Of a DNA stretch of 64,000 nucleotides, positions 29,019 to 39,717 are shown piece after piece. The notes under the pieces are model-generated. The model saw only the letters and a program-made list of their open reading frames with translations, was not told the DNA's origin and did no database searches. The stretch covers positions 1 through 64,000 of the IMG/VR virus record IMGVR_UViG_3300008108_000067, one strand, 5' to 3'. How positions within the stretch are numbered: position 1 is the first letter of the stretch; every line of letters starts with the position of its first letter. A program made the position numbers and the translations under genes. This stretch comes from a virus.

Positions 29019-30605
29019 TTATCCTAGTAACCACGATATATTTTCCTTCTTACCACCAATTTCCATTTCATATGGATTGTGTGTAACATGCTTATTTGTG
29101 TACACCATACCTTCTACACTATACCTTGTCTTGTCCAATGTTAACTTCGTCAGTTCTATACCCTCCTGGCGCAACCTGAGGGCGGTGTCCCGTACCCATA
29201 GACCTATACACAATGCCATCGTCAAGTCATCGTTATAACCAGATAATGCTTCTGGTCTACCGTTCTTCCAAATAAAAGTATCTAATTCGGCGCACATACG
29301 AGATGACCGAATAGTAAAACTATTTTCTAACATATATTCTTTTAATCGTGCGATAACCAACGGACGAGTTCTTTGCGAGGTGGTGAACCCAGGTACCATA
29401 TTTCGTTCTTCACGATAATACTTTCCGGTCATTTGATGCTCGACATCCACATATTGTAAATCTTTGGACATATAAAAGAGATTTTTATATCCTCGGTCTA
29501 TAACTTGTTGTATTGCGTTCCATCCTATACTACTATTTTCTGGGATGAGTAGTGCATCATTGTATTCTGTTGCGATGGACACCAACATATTACCAAACTG
29601 TTTGGTTTCTACCTTTCCTTTATATTCTGCCACTTGGGTTGACGTTTCTACATCAATCACATGAAATGCGGAATAGTCCTCACCATCTCCACGAGATACG
29701 TCAGCCGAAACAATATAGGATTTCCCGGATTGTGGGTACTCCCATATCCATAAGTTTCCATCAAACCCACCCTTACTAATAGGTTCTTTCACAAACGTGG
29801 ATTTGTAGAATTCAATAATTTCTGGTGGGACAACTGTATTACCTGAGAATATAAACGAGGCATCATGTTCTTGTGCTGCCTGCATTTCACCAAGAATTTC
29901 TGTTTGACGGTCACGCCATGCCTGGTCACGTTCTGGATGTACTTGCCAATCCAACAAGATTGGATTAAATTCGTTTGCTTGACTTTCTGCTTGTTGCCAC
30001 ATCTTGTGGAAGAAGTTACCCACACCGTTTGGAGTGGAAATAAGAATAGCTTTTCCACCCGTGGATAACGTACTTGATGCTGCCGTCCAGATAATGTCGG
30101 CGTTATCAATAAATGCACACTCGTCAAGAATCAATAGAGACAATGCTTCGGAACGTCCAGCGTCTTTACTACTTGCCACAGCTTTAATCTGTGACCCGTT
30201 GGTAAATTGTAATGACAGTTTATTATCTGTTAATATTTCACCACGTAACCACACAGGAAGGTTTTGATGCATAAAACGAACTTTGGTTACTAAGTTTTTT
30301 GCAGTTTCTTGCTTGGTTGCGATAACAAGAATATTCTTGTCTTTGTGAAACAACATCAACCACAACGCATACCCCGCAACTAATGTAGAGAAACCTAACT
30401 GACGCCCTTTAAGTACAATGTTATATCGGTTTTCTTCAAACTCTCCCATCGCCTTTGCTTGGTATGGATATAAGTCAAACAACACCCGACCACGAATCGG
30501 GTGTTGAATATACGAATATTTAGATAAAAAGTACTCAGGCTGGAGTGCGCACTTTTTATATTCTTCTTTAATACGTTCACGTAACTGTTGTGCTGTTGTA
30601 TTCAT
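29019..30605 (-). CDS. Terminase large subunit (T4 gp17-like)
   Basis: KGRQLGFST (Walker A), LLILDECAF (Walker B), ISTPNG, nuclease SADVSRGDGEDYSAF and NDDLTMA. Confidence 0.95.
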   Translation of the reverse strand: MNTTAQQLRERIKEEYKKCALQPEYFLSKYSYIQHPIRGRVLFDLYPYQAKAMGEFEENRYNIVLKGRQLGFSTLVAGYALWLMLFHKDKNILVIATKQETAKNLVTKVRFMHQNLPVWLRGEILTDNKLSLQFTNGSQIKAVASSKDAGRSEALSLLILDECAFIDNADIIWTAASSTLSTGGKAILISTPNGVGNFFHKMWQQAESQANEFNPILLDWQVHPERDQAWRDRQTEILGEMQAAQEHDASFIFSGNTVVPPEIIEFYKSTFVKEPISKGGFDGNLWIWEYPQSGKSYIVSADVSRGDGEDYSAFHVIDVETSTQVAEYKGKVETKQFGNMLVSIATEYNDALLIPENSSIGWNAIQQVIDRGYKNLFYMSKDLQYVDVEHQMTGKYYREERNMVPGFTTSQRTRPLVIARLKEYMLENSFTIRSSRMCAELDTFIWKNGRPEALSGYNDDLTMALCIGLWVRDTALRLRQEGIELTKLTLDKTRYSVEGMVYTNKHVTHNPYEMEIGGKKENISWLLG

Positions 30606-30613
30606 AATACCTC

Positions 30614-31249
30614 TTATTTGACTACAAGGACTCCCGATACTACACCGACTCCGATACCAACCAAAAATGACATTTTACGACTTGGTAACTTGATACCAAA
30701 CATACGGTTGGGATTTTTTGGTGCTTGTGGGATATTAATAACTACTTTTTGTAAACTATCCCGTGATGTTGTAAGTAATAAAATAGCGTTATCTTTGTTT
30801 TTTAATGCTCGTTCCAACTCAGATACTTGCGATGCTTGGGTTTCAATTGTAATTTCTTGTTGTGCAATAATAGAATCTTTCACTGGTAGTATTGCTCGTG
30901 CCAATTCCAGTGTGTCTGTTATTGTTTTCGACATTGTTGCCGCTACAGTTTTTAAATTAGTAGTGGATGTTCGAAGTTCAACAACTTGTGACCCCAGAAC
31001 TTTTGCACGTGACTCCGCCGCACGAGCTTCATTTTCTTCTATTGTAATTTGTGTTTTTAAACTATCTGCAAAATGTATAGCAGAATCAGCTTGTGCTTGA
31101 AACTTTTTATATTCCGCTATATACTTGTCCATTTCATCTTGCTTAGCAGATGTTGTAACACAATACGATAATGATGCAATTACCGATATTATTACGATAG
31201 ACTTAGTTGTTTTCAGTATATGCGGGATCACCAAATTTACCCGTTTCAT
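30614..31249 (-). CDS. Membrane-anchored coiled-coil protein (spanin-like candidate)
   Basis: Hydrophobic N-terminus, long coiled coil, hydrophobic C-terminus. Confidence 0.4.
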   Translation of the reverse strand: MKRVNLVIPHILKTTKSIVIISVIASLSYCVTTSAKQDEMDKYIAEYKKFQAQADSAIHFADSLKTQITIEENEARAAESRAKVLGSQVVELRTSTTNLKTVAATMSKTITDTLELARAILPVKDSIIAQQEITIETQASQVSELERALKNKDNAILLLTTSRDSLQKVVINIPQAPKNPNRMFGIKLPSRKMSFLVGIGVGVVSGVLVVK

Positions 31250-31820
31250 CGAATTCTCCGGCTTCGACCTTTATTAAATGGTCTTTGAGTTTTTGTATTT
31301 CTTCTTCTAAATCTCTTCGAACAGTAGTTAAATCAACATTCCATTTTTCAATCATCAAAATCTTTTCTTGGTCTGCATGAATAAATTCTGGTTGTGATAG
31401 ATTTTCGTGGTAATTTTGAAGTTCTTGTATTCTATCTTTTACCCAGGCAATATGATTTTGTTTACCTTTTTCTACAATTGTTTCTACCCATTTACCCTGA
31501 CGTTTTAATTCCATCTCTTCTCTTTCTATACAATTATAACAAACACCACGTTTTTTATAAGCTTTTAGATGAACACCATTCAAGGGAGTGTCGCACTTTG
31601 GACACCACCACGGCGTTTTAAAACCATCCAGTTTAGTGACCGATTGGATTAATCCATTTTTCCTAGTCCACTTTGTACCATTTACATCCACCCACACTTC
31701 ACCTTCTTTTCGTTCAACTTGTTTCGGTGTCCAACCAAACGTAAGTTTTTGTTCCTGCTTGTTCATTACTTCACCAATTTTTCTTCTTACGTTCTTCATT
31801 GCATCTTCATTTGTTGCCAT
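31203..31820 (-). CDS. Hypothetical Zn-finger protein
   Basis: CPKC...CYNC. Confidence 0.5.
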   Translation of the reverse strand: MATNEDAMKNVRRKIGEVMNKQEQKLTFGWTPKQVERKEGEVWVDVNGTKWTRKNGLIQSVTKLDGFKTPWWCPKCDTPLNGVHLKAYKKRGVCYNCIEREEMELKRQGKWVETIVEKGKQNHIAWVKDRIQELQNYHENLSQPEFIHADQEKILMIEKWNVDLTTVRRDLEEEIQKLKDHLIKVEAGEFDETGKFGDPAYTENN

Positions 31821-31829
31821 AGTAACCTC

Positions 31830-34682
31830 TCAGTTTGATATTGCTTTTTTAACTATACTCATTGCTGCGGTATATACTGGTTCTTTTTTATCGTATTTTA
31901 ACGCGGTTCCTACAAATATATCTCTATCCGTTTTTGGATTTCTAACTTTCTGTTTTAATACCTTTGCCAAAGTTTGACGTTTTGCCGGTGGTACGTTTGA
32001 TACCATATCTTTGGGTGATTTTGTCGGTGTAACTTTTGGCTTTTGTTTCATTTTTGGAGCAGTTACATCTTTACCATGTGTCTGCGTCAACTTCAAAGCT
32101 TCCTCTGAATCTGTTGTTACTTTAACAATTTTATCAAAGATTTTTTTGTCAAATTTACCGTATACTTTGGTAAATATTTCTTGCTTTGCTCTATCTGTTA
32201 TGTTTGGATTTCCCATAACAGACCGAAGTTGTGTACCACTAATATTTTTACCATCAATTTGTAGTTGCATCTCAGGAGCAACTATAAAGTATCCTTGATC
32301 TGCGTATCCTTTGAGGTCTTTTTCTGGTACTTCTTCGTATGGTTTGAAATATTTTCCTCCCAACCGGTCAGCATCTTTTTGACTGACTGCTGTAACGTAC
32401 ACCGCGTCTGGTGGTAATTTACTTAATACTTCCGATGGTGCGTATGGATTTTTAACTTGTATTACGTTATCGTCTGGTATTCCAAACATACGAGTCATAA
32501 TTTCTTTTTTGTCTTTGAACCCGAACGGTGATTTGGTTGCATCGGTTTTATCGCTCGATGCGATATATACATTATCTTTACCAAATTTCTTTACCATTGC
32601 TTGATAGATACTATAATGTCCAGCATGAAATGGTTGAAATCTTCCGGTAAATATAGCAGCAATTTTACGTTCCCCAACAGGTGTGGGTTCTGTCTTTTGC
32701 GCTTCCGGTTCTTTCTTTGGTTCTTCTACTGGTGCTTCTTCGGCTTTACCCTTCGCAAACTTCAAAGTTCCTAAAATTTGATTTACTGGTGCGAATGTAC
32801 CTGTAAATTTATATGGTTTGCCGTTATATATAAACACCAATCCTTCTGATGGTACGACATTATCAATACCAATATCGTCCAATCGTTCAATTTGTGTTTG
32901 TAGTTTTGCAAGTTTATTTATATCGTCTGTATCTTGTAGAGACTTAATAGTATCTAATAATTCTTTCTTCAACGATGCAGTTAATTCTGGATTGTTTGCC
33001 GATAACGTATTGGTAACACGACGAAGTGTATCAGCTCCTACTTTCAGAAAAATACTTTCTAATGGGCGTGTAACAGCTCGTTCCGAATTCGTTAATTCAG
33101 TTGCTTCAAATTGCCTAAACCATTTTTTGGTTTCTGGATCTTCAAAGTCCTTAACTCCAATAGCTTTCTTGTCTCCCGTTGCCCATCGTTTAACCAATCC
33201 ATTAAATTGTTCTTCCGATAATTCCAATCCTTGTGTTTCTACTTGTCTGGTAAGTTCTCTTTCCCACCATGCTATTTTATAATCTTCCAAGGTATTTTTA
33301 TCGTCAAGATCAAATTCTTGTTGTAGTCGTGTCAATGCTGCACCATACTCTTGCATTTTTTCTTTATTACGAGCAGTATCTGCGTCGCTAAATGCAATAC
33401 TACGTGGTCCAGATATACCAAACGTTTTTTGTTGCTGTGCGTTTACTTTTGTAATTTGATCAGAAAGTTTTTTACTATCCTCTATATCACGACCAATTTC
33501 GTTTCCTTCTTCGTCGTATTTAACAGTTCCATGAAATACCAAAACACTCTTGTCGTATGGTATAACGTTCTTTGTGTCTGGAAATATTATCTCAACGTTC
33601 ATAAATTTTGAACCGTCAGCAAACATCTGATCACGTTCTTCTTGTGGTAAAGCTTGAATAGCTTTAGTGATATCATCCGCAGCACCACCAAAAGCTTTTT
33701 CAACGTTACCTCGTCCGGCAAACATCTGTCGTAAATCTGCCGCAGGTAGTGCGTTTTTTGCTTTATTTTTTACTTGGCCTTTATTACGAGCAAAAACAAC
33801 TTGACCATCTCTAACAGAAAACATGATATTTTGTCCATCAAGTTTTTCTGTGACAGGTGCTTCCGCATCTAACCCACCTACCAATCCACGTTTAATCATT
33901 TCTTTTACATCAGAAAACTTTAATGTATCATCTTCATACGGATGTGCTAAATGTCCTGCCGCACCACCCTCAGATATTAATTGCCATGGACCATTAGGAA
34001 CATTACCTTCATATAGTTCAGAAAGATAAACATATTCTAAGCCTTCATTCTTTTTATCTCGTCCGTGGTCTTTACGAGCAAGTTTCCAGTTACCATTTTT
34101 TGCACCATTGGGATGATGTACATCATGGTTTTTCATTTTTGATTTGCCGTACTTCTTAACTGCCTTTTTGCGGTCACGGTTACGGGCAACACGGTCATCC
34201 TGAGTCTTTTTAAGGTAGTTACGAACTTTTTCGGGATGACGGCGATTGTATCTCCGCATTCGTTCCGTGCTTGATAGTGCTTCATTATTGATGAATTCAT
34301 CATCATGCTCCGGTCCAATAGAGTAAGGGTATGCAAATGCATTATCTTTATTTTGTGGTTTAATTTCATCCACTCCACCTTCACCTGCACCTGTCTCTCC
34401 ACCAGTATCACCGCTGTCTGTTGGTGGTGTTGTTGGTTCTTCTGCTGGTTGTTCACCAGTTTTTATTACACGAGGATATAATGGATAGAAAAATCCATAA
34501 TTTTTTATTTTTTCTTTTGCTTTTTTACGCTTCTTCTTCATCTCATCCATTGAATCTGTGTGATTAATGGTTAGTTCACCAACAAGTTCTGGTGCCAACT
34601 TCGCAACCAAAAAATTATGTTGGTCAACATATTCATTTTCATTCAATATATTTTCAAATAAATTATTTATTGGATTACTCAT
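31830..34682 (-). CDS. Multidomain protein: degenerate HNH-like segment + ligase-like (KxDG) domain + HxGH nucleotidyltransferase + C-terminal NPxTxRDI module
   Basis: HDVHHPNG; TEKLDGQN...EGLVF...YKFTG; IFTGRFQPFHAGH...ISGTQLR. Confidence 0.7.
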   Translation of the reverse strand: MSNPINNLFENILNENEYVDQHNFLVAKLAPELVGELTINHTDSMDEMKKKRKKAKEKIKNYGFFYPLYPRVIKTGEQPAEEPTTPPTDSGDTGGETGAGEGGVDEIKPQNKDNAFAYPYSIGPEHDDEFINNEALSSTERMRRYNRRHPEKVRNYLKKTQDDRVARNRDRKKAVKKYGKSKMKNHDVHHPNGAKNGNWKLARKDHGRDKKNEGLEYVYLSELYEGNVPNGPWQLISEGGAAGHLAHPYEDDTLKFSDVKEMIKRGLVGGLDAEAPVTEKLDGQNIMFSVRDGQVVFARNKGQVKNKAKNALPAADLRQMFAGRGNVEKAFGGAADDITKAIQALPQEERDQMFADGSKFMNVEIIFPDTKNVIPYDKSVLVFHGTVKYDEEGNEIGRDIEDSKKLSDQITKVNAQQQKTFGISGPRSIAFSDADTARNKEKMQEYGAALTRLQQEFDLDDKNTLEDYKIAWWERELTRQVETQGLELSEEQFNGLVKRWATGDKKAIGVKDFEDPETKKWFRQFEATELTNSERAVTRPLESIFLKVGADTLRRVTNTLSANNPELTASLKKELLDTIKSLQDTDDINKLAKLQTQIERLDDIGIDNVVPSEGLVFIYNGKPYKFTGTFAPVNQILGTLKFAKGKAEEAPVEEPKKEPEAQKTEPTPVGERKIAAIFTGRFQPFHAGHYSIYQAMVKKFGKDNVYIASSDKTDATKSPFGFKDKKEIMTRMFGIPDDNVIQVKNPYAPSEVLSKLPPDAVYVTAVSQKDADRLGGKYFKPYEEVPEKDLKGYADQGYFIVAPEMQLQIDGKNISGTQLRSVMGNPNITDRAKQEIFTKVYGKFDKKIFDKIVKVTTDSEEALKLTQTHGKDVTAPKMKQKPKVTPTKSPKDMVSNVPPAKRQTLAKVLKQKVRNPKTDRDIFVGTALKYDKKEPVYTAAMSIVKKAISN

Positions 34683-36499
34683 AGTTGTGAACCTGAGAAG
34701 AAGGTAGGTGTTGAAATTATATCCAGATTTAGTGCATTGTTGTTCAAATCAAACAACTCTGTTTTGAATACCAAACTAGATGTAATCTGTGAATTGTTTG
34801 GGATTGTAATTGTAACTTCGTCTGGACTAAATGCATATTCTTCTGCAACTTTCAAAGAAACATTTGCAAATTGCCAAAATCCGTTCGATACTACAAATCG
34901 TAACCCAGCACTACCACTCTGTGTAATTCTAAAATTAAATGTCTTTTGTGGAAAATATGCTACCTTTTCCGTGGTTGAGATAGAACCTATCTTTTGTCCA
35001 AGTTTATCTCTACCAATTACCGCCGATCCTGTTAAATAAATATCTACATTGTAGTTACTTGCTGTAAAAGCGGCGGATTGTGAAGTGGTATATACGAAAC
35101 TGTCTAGTTTCAAGGTATATTCGGATGTTGGGAACAATCCAAATTCTTGTCGTGTACCGATGAAATAACTACTTGCCGTAGTCAACGCATAGACAGCATC
35201 CAGCATATGACTGTCATCACGGGGTAAAGTAAATTGGTACGACGAAGATACCGCGTCATCGTAATAGGACGGATCAGGGATTGCTGATCCTGTCATCCGA
35301 TATCCATACCAACTAGAAGATATTATTTGATTAGTACTGAATACCCCAATCGGTTGTTCTCTGTTTGCCAGTCCTGTTGAACTTGTTATTAGTAATTCAC
35401 CAACAACCGTTGGCGTATCAGCAATAAATTCAAAGTCGGTTACTATTGCAGCTTCTCTGTTTGATGCCTTAATTCTAAATATTTGTCCGCTAACTGTATC
35501 TAGATTAATTAATCGTAACTTTGCAAATGAACGTATATTTGTTGGTAATATTCTAACACTTTCACTTACATAGTAATAGTTTATAGATCCTGTTATAGAT
35601 GATGCCGTACGGACATATGTAGTATTTGATGCGGTGTATAAACTTTCACCCAATTCGTACTGCCCATTATATAATGTAGGTATACTTAGAATATTTCCAT
35701 CAGTTGAACTTGTAATGTTTATATCAGTAAATGATTTAGATGCATTTAAATGACTGAGTGGTAAGTTCAACGATGCCGTGTGATTTTCCAACACTGTGTA
35801 CGATTCCGTAGTTGCCGGTATTGTACCCAAATATTTTCTTTTCTGTAATGTAACACTTCCTGTGATTTTTGGAGTTAGATGAAATGATCTAAATTGAAAC
35901 GTGTTACAATCATTTACAACTATGTATCCCCGTTGCTTGTTGAGTACACTCTTAGGTTTTAATACTATATTAGAAACTGCTTGATTAATTATTGACTGAC
36001 TCAACAACGAACCCGTTAATAACAATTCGTTTGTTATTATCTGCGGTTGTACTTTTAATCGAATTGGCGTTATGTTTTGGTTTTTTGGTTCTATGATAAT
36101 TTTCTTCTGCCAACTTACATTTGAACGACCTTTCCAATCACTTGGTATTGGATTTCCGTTTGCCAATTGTCTAGCGGTTCCCACAATAGTAAGAATTGCT
36201 GCACCACGAGCTGAGTTTTCATAAACTTCGACAACTATAACTCTAGCTCCACCTTCTGCAAAGTTTTTGATAGCTTCCACATACATACTTTTTCCATTGA
36301 CATCAAGTAGTTCAATAAAAATGTTTGTATTTGGTTCTAACAATCCCGTTCCTGTTATAAGGAATGCGTTACGTCCACCAGTAAAATAACTATTTAATTG
36401 TTTTATATTAAAATATACAGATTCCTGTGCGGTATCCTTCACCAACACAGGAATCTTGTCTAAATTTTGTTTAAATAATTCTTTTCTAGTTCTTGGCAT
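34679..36499 (-). CDS. Putative virion structural protein
   Basis: 606 aa, Ser/Thr-rich with TGS motifs like the tail genes; promoter box upstream. Confidence 0.5.
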   Translation of the reverse strand: MPRTRKELFKQNLDKIPVLVKDTAQESVYFNIKQLNSYFTGGRNAFLITGTGLLEPNTNIFIELLDVNGKSMYVEAIKNFAEGGARVIVVEVYENSARGAAILTIVGTARQLANGNPIPSDWKGRSNVSWQKKIIIEPKNQNITPIRLKVQPQIITNELLLTGSLLSQSIINQAVSNIVLKPKSVLNKQRGYIVVNDCNTFQFRSFHLTPKITGSVTLQKRKYLGTIPATTESYTVLENHTASLNLPLSHLNASKSFTDINITSSTDGNILSIPTLYNGQYELGESLYTASNTTYVRTASSITGSINYYYVSESVRILPTNIRSFAKLRLINLDTVSGQIFRIKASNREAAIVTDFEFIADTPTVVGELLITSSTGLANREQPIGVFSTNQIISSSWYGYRMTGSAIPDPSYYDDAVSSSYQFTLPRDDSHMLDAVYALTTASSYFIGTRQEFGLFPTSEYTLKLDSFVYTTSQSAAFTASNYNVDIYLTGSAVIGRDKLGQKIGSISTTEKVAYFPQKTFNFRITQSGSAGLRFVVSNGFWQFANVSLKVAEEYAFSPDEVTITIPNNSQITSSLVFKTELFDLNNNALNLDIISTPTFFSGSQL

Positions 36500-36525
36500 A
36501 GTCTCTCAACGTGAATACTACTCAA

Positions 36526-36535
36526 TATAAATAGT
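36526..36535 (-). promoter_or_regulatory. Putative late promoter box ACTATTTATA
   Basis: Exact copy, 27 nt upstream of ATG 36499 and immediately after the SbcCD stop. Confidence 0.65.
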
Positions 36536-36537
36536 TA

Positions 36538-39500
36538 TCACGATTGGATATAGGAGAATCCGTCCTCTCTTTTTATCTCAATTAAATTGTCCACCATATC
36601 TCTAGCCGCATCCAAATGACTGATGACAATAAGGAAATCGAATTGAGTTTTGAGAATACCGAACATCGTATGCATTGAACTTAAATTTTCCGCATCAAGA
36701 GTACCCAATCCTTCATCAATAATCATAAAGTTAGACTTTGGTAAGTTTGAAGCGTTCATCAATGCCACACGGATAGCCAAACTACTGATGAACCGTTCCA
36801 TACCCGACGAGTTTTCCAACGGCCAGATACGGTCATAATCGTAGTTTAATTTACCCACGATGTTTTTTCCATCCACTTCGAGAGAAATAGTAAAGTCCAC
36901 TATTTGTGACAGAATATTGTTAATTTCTGCCTCAATATTTGGTATAGCTTTACTCATCAAGTCGTACGGAATACCATCACGACCAACAGCTTCCATATAA
37001 TACTTATATGCTTCGTAAGTATTCTCCAACTCTTCGGCTTCCTTAATCTGGTTCATAATATCGGTCTTGGTGGCTTCCAGTACCTTGACCTCACCGTGAA
37101 GTTCACGGATAACCTTTTCCATATGGTCAGCCTTCTTCTTTGCCGATGCAATATCGTGTTCGACAAAAGAGATTTGCTTATCAATATCTACATTATGTTC
37201 GATATTTTCTTTGTTCAACCGATGAAGTTCAATATCATTTTCTATTTGTTCCCGCTTACGGTCACACTTTTCGATGTTGGTAATCAACTTCTGGATTTCC
37301 AGTTCAACTCCACTTGCATTCTTTTGAAGCTGTTGGACTTCGGTTTGTAACTTTTCATAACTTACACAAAGATTGACCTTCTCGACCAACGGTTCCATCT
37401 GCTCCTTAATTGTGGTAAGGGCATCTTCTTGGTCAAATCGGAGTCTATCCAACTGTACCAGTTCTGCGTTTACTTGGTCCTTATCAGCGATAACTGACTT
37501 ATTGTTTTCTACACACACCAAACAGTCTGAATTGTACTTGTACCCAGATAACTTCTGCTGGAACTTCTCCTTCTCAGTAATCTTGGAAACGGTAAGTTTC
37601 AATGCAGATGACCCCTTGTTAAATAATCCAGTTAATCTCTCGTATTCACTTACCGCCTGCTTTAGTTCTGGAATATTTGCCTCTACCACCCGATGTGTCT
37701 TTTCAGTGATGTTCTGGTTGAGCAGTTTTAGTCGTTCCTCTGCTTCCGTTTTTTGTTGTTCGTAGGTTGCAGACAATTCTATGGTCTTGTCTTTGTTTGA
37801 TAAGAGTGTATCAATGTCTAGTTCAATATTTGGAACAGGACGTTTCTTATCTTGGAATTCCTTTAATTTTTCATAAAAAGTTTCTTGTTCTTGTTTGAGC
37901 CTTGTAAATATACCTTCAATCCGTTCATGCTCCTCACGAGTCGTATCCAACTTGGTCTGAGTATCCGATAAAGTTTGGGTAAAATCTATCTTCTTAAACT
38001 TACGAAGTGCCCCAGAAATTTCCTTCATCTCATCATTTGCTGTGTCACATAACTTATCAAAGATACTTAATCCCATAAACTGAATGAGAAGGTCTTTACG
38101 TTCAGAATGTGACTTATCAATAAACAATGCGTTACTAGTTTGACCACTTAATGCAGTCAAGACGAAATCTTCATAACTACCAACATAATTACGAATGTTG
38201 GCATTAGTATCACGACGGTCCTCACCATTGAGTGAAGTATGTGTTCCGTCCTCGTTTTCCTTCCAGAACAAGACATCTACCTTGACATCACCATTCTTCT
38301 TACGAGTTCCAGTTCTACGGATGTAGAATATTTCATCGTTGATTTCAAACTTTAATTGACAGGTGAATTCGTTTTTACGGTTGTTCATGATGTGGTCACC
38401 ACGGAACGCACGTGGTGTCTTGTCGTAAAGACAGAAGATGAGTGCATCCATTGAAGAACTCTTTCCCGTTGCGTTCTGAGCAAACACTCCGTATATTCCC
38501 TTCATCTTCCCAAAGTTAATCACATTGTCCTCACCATAGGAGAACATATTAGAAAACTTTAATTGAATAGGACGCCAATGTACATTTCTAGAATGATCAT
38601 CGTGACTAATTTGTGCATTGAGATTTTTATTAACATCCAAAATTTTTGTCATCAATGGACGGTCAATTGTATTATCATACTGACGTTCCAACCAATCTTG
38701 AATGAGTTGGTTCTGTATGTTTAGATTGTTTACATCAACAATATCTGATCCACTCTTAATTTTGTCACGATTGGTATTATCGGTTCTGGACTTGTTAATG
38801 CTTAGTTCAATAATATTATATTGTTTGCGTAGTGTTGCTACTACCTTCTTAACACCAGAATTATCAAGAGTTCCCGTAAAAAGTCGCATGCGAACATTTT
38901 TTGGAACATCCGTAGGGAATGGTAATTTTCCATTCTTAACTTCCAACGTATAATATCCATAATTATTTTGTAATGACTTGAATTCATGTGTGCATGCACT
39001 GACATCCCACATACACCAACCGTGATTATCTACCGTTTCTCCGTGGTTCTGCTGAATGAGTGAGGATGCGTACACTATAATTGGTTTCTTTGCGTGTACA
39101 TCTCGTTCTTGTAGTATCTGGTATTTGTGGATGTCACCCAACAGTACCATATCAAATCCGTTGAACAATGATGTTTCAACGTGACGGTTAGTAATTACGT
39201 ACCGTGCATCGGTTTGTGCACCGTGTACTGGTCCGTGGTATAATGCAATCTTACGGCGACCCTCACAATCCTTTACGGAAGGCCACTGTTCTCTATCATC
39301 CAAAATGGAAAATACAGCAAAATCAGTATCACCAACTTGATAGATACCAGAATGTTTTAGATAGTGTAATTGTTCGTGGTTAATACTTTTGATTAGTGGT
39401 GTCAAACTATCCAATCGGTTCATATTGGACAGATTCAAATCGTGATTACCAGCAATCACTAAGGTGGGAGCTATGTTAGCTAGGTTCTTTAAAAACTCCG

Positions 39501-39717
39501 TTGCCATCATCACCATTTCAGGACTCATGTCCGTCTTTGCGTGCAGAATATCACCAGCAACAACAATAACCGAGTCAGTCAAATCTTCTTGACGTAACTG
39601 GTTATATAGTGTTTCAAAACATTCCCGATATTCATCGTGTCGTTTAAATAGTCGTATATGAATATCCGCAAGGTGTACAATTTTATTAAGCTTGTTAATA
39701 CCAGCGATATGTGTCAT
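36538..39717 (-). CDS. Fused SbcD/Mre11 nuclease - SbcC/Rad50 ATPase (gp47-gp46-like)
   Basis: ADIH, AGDILH, AGNHD, LGDIH (phosphoesterase); AQNATGKSS Walker A; CLVC zinc hook; SSGME signature; IIDEG Walker B. Confidence 0.9.
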   Translation of the reverse strand: MTHIAGINKLNKIVHLADIHIRLFKRHDEYRECFETLYNQLRQEDLTDSVIVVAGDILHAKTDMSPEMVMMATEFLKNLANIAPTLVIAGNHDLNLSNMNRLDSLTPLIKSINHEQLHYLKHSGIYQVGDTDFAVFSILDDREQWPSVKDCEGRRKIALYHGPVHGAQTDARYVITNRHVETSLFNGFDMVLLGDIHKYQILQERDVHAKKPIIVYASSLIQQNHGETVDNHGWCMWDVSACTHEFKSLQNNYGYYTLEVKNGKLPFPTDVPKNVRMRLFTGTLDNSGVKKVVATLRKQYNIIELSINKSRTDNTNRDKIKSGSDIVDVNNLNIQNQLIQDWLERQYDNTIDRPLMTKILDVNKNLNAQISHDDHSRNVHWRPIQLKFSNMFSYGEDNVINFGKMKGIYGVFAQNATGKSSSMDALIFCLYDKTPRAFRGDHIMNNRKNEFTCQLKFEINDEIFYIRRTGTRKKNGDVKVDVLFWKENEDGTHTSLNGEDRRDTNANIRNYVGSYEDFVLTALSGQTSNALFIDKSHSERKDLLIQFMGLSIFDKLCDTANDEMKEISGALRKFKKIDFTQTLSDTQTKLDTTREEHERIEGIFTRLKQEQETFYEKLKEFQDKKRPVPNIELDIDTLLSNKDKTIELSATYEQQKTEAEERLKLLNQNITEKTHRVVEANIPELKQAVSEYERLTGLFNKGSSALKLTVSKITEKEKFQQKLSGYKYNSDCLVCVENNKSVIADKDQVNAELVQLDRLRFDQEDALTTIKEQMEPLVEKVNLCVSYEKLQTEVQQLQKNASGVELEIQKLITNIEKCDRKREQIENDIELHRLNKENIEHNVDIDKQISFVEHDIASAKKKADHMEKVIRELHGEVKVLEATKTDIMNQIKEAEELENTYEAYKYYMEAVGRDGIPYDLMSKAIPNIEAEINNILSQIVDFTISLEVDGKNIVGKLNYDYDRIWPLENSSGMERFISSLAIRVALMNASNLPKSNFMIIDEGLGTLDAENLSSMHTMFGILKTQFDFLIVISHLDAARDMVDNLIEIKREDGFSYIQS

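Noticed and set aside
29019-30605. Intein or intron in terminase (also considered for primase, portal and capsid)
   Set aside because: Lengths are ordinary and no splicing motifs or interruptions were seen.
34020-34280. Free-standing HNH homing endonuclease
   Set aside because: The HDVHH segment is short, degenerate and in frame within the 950-aa protein; there is no evidence of a mobile element.
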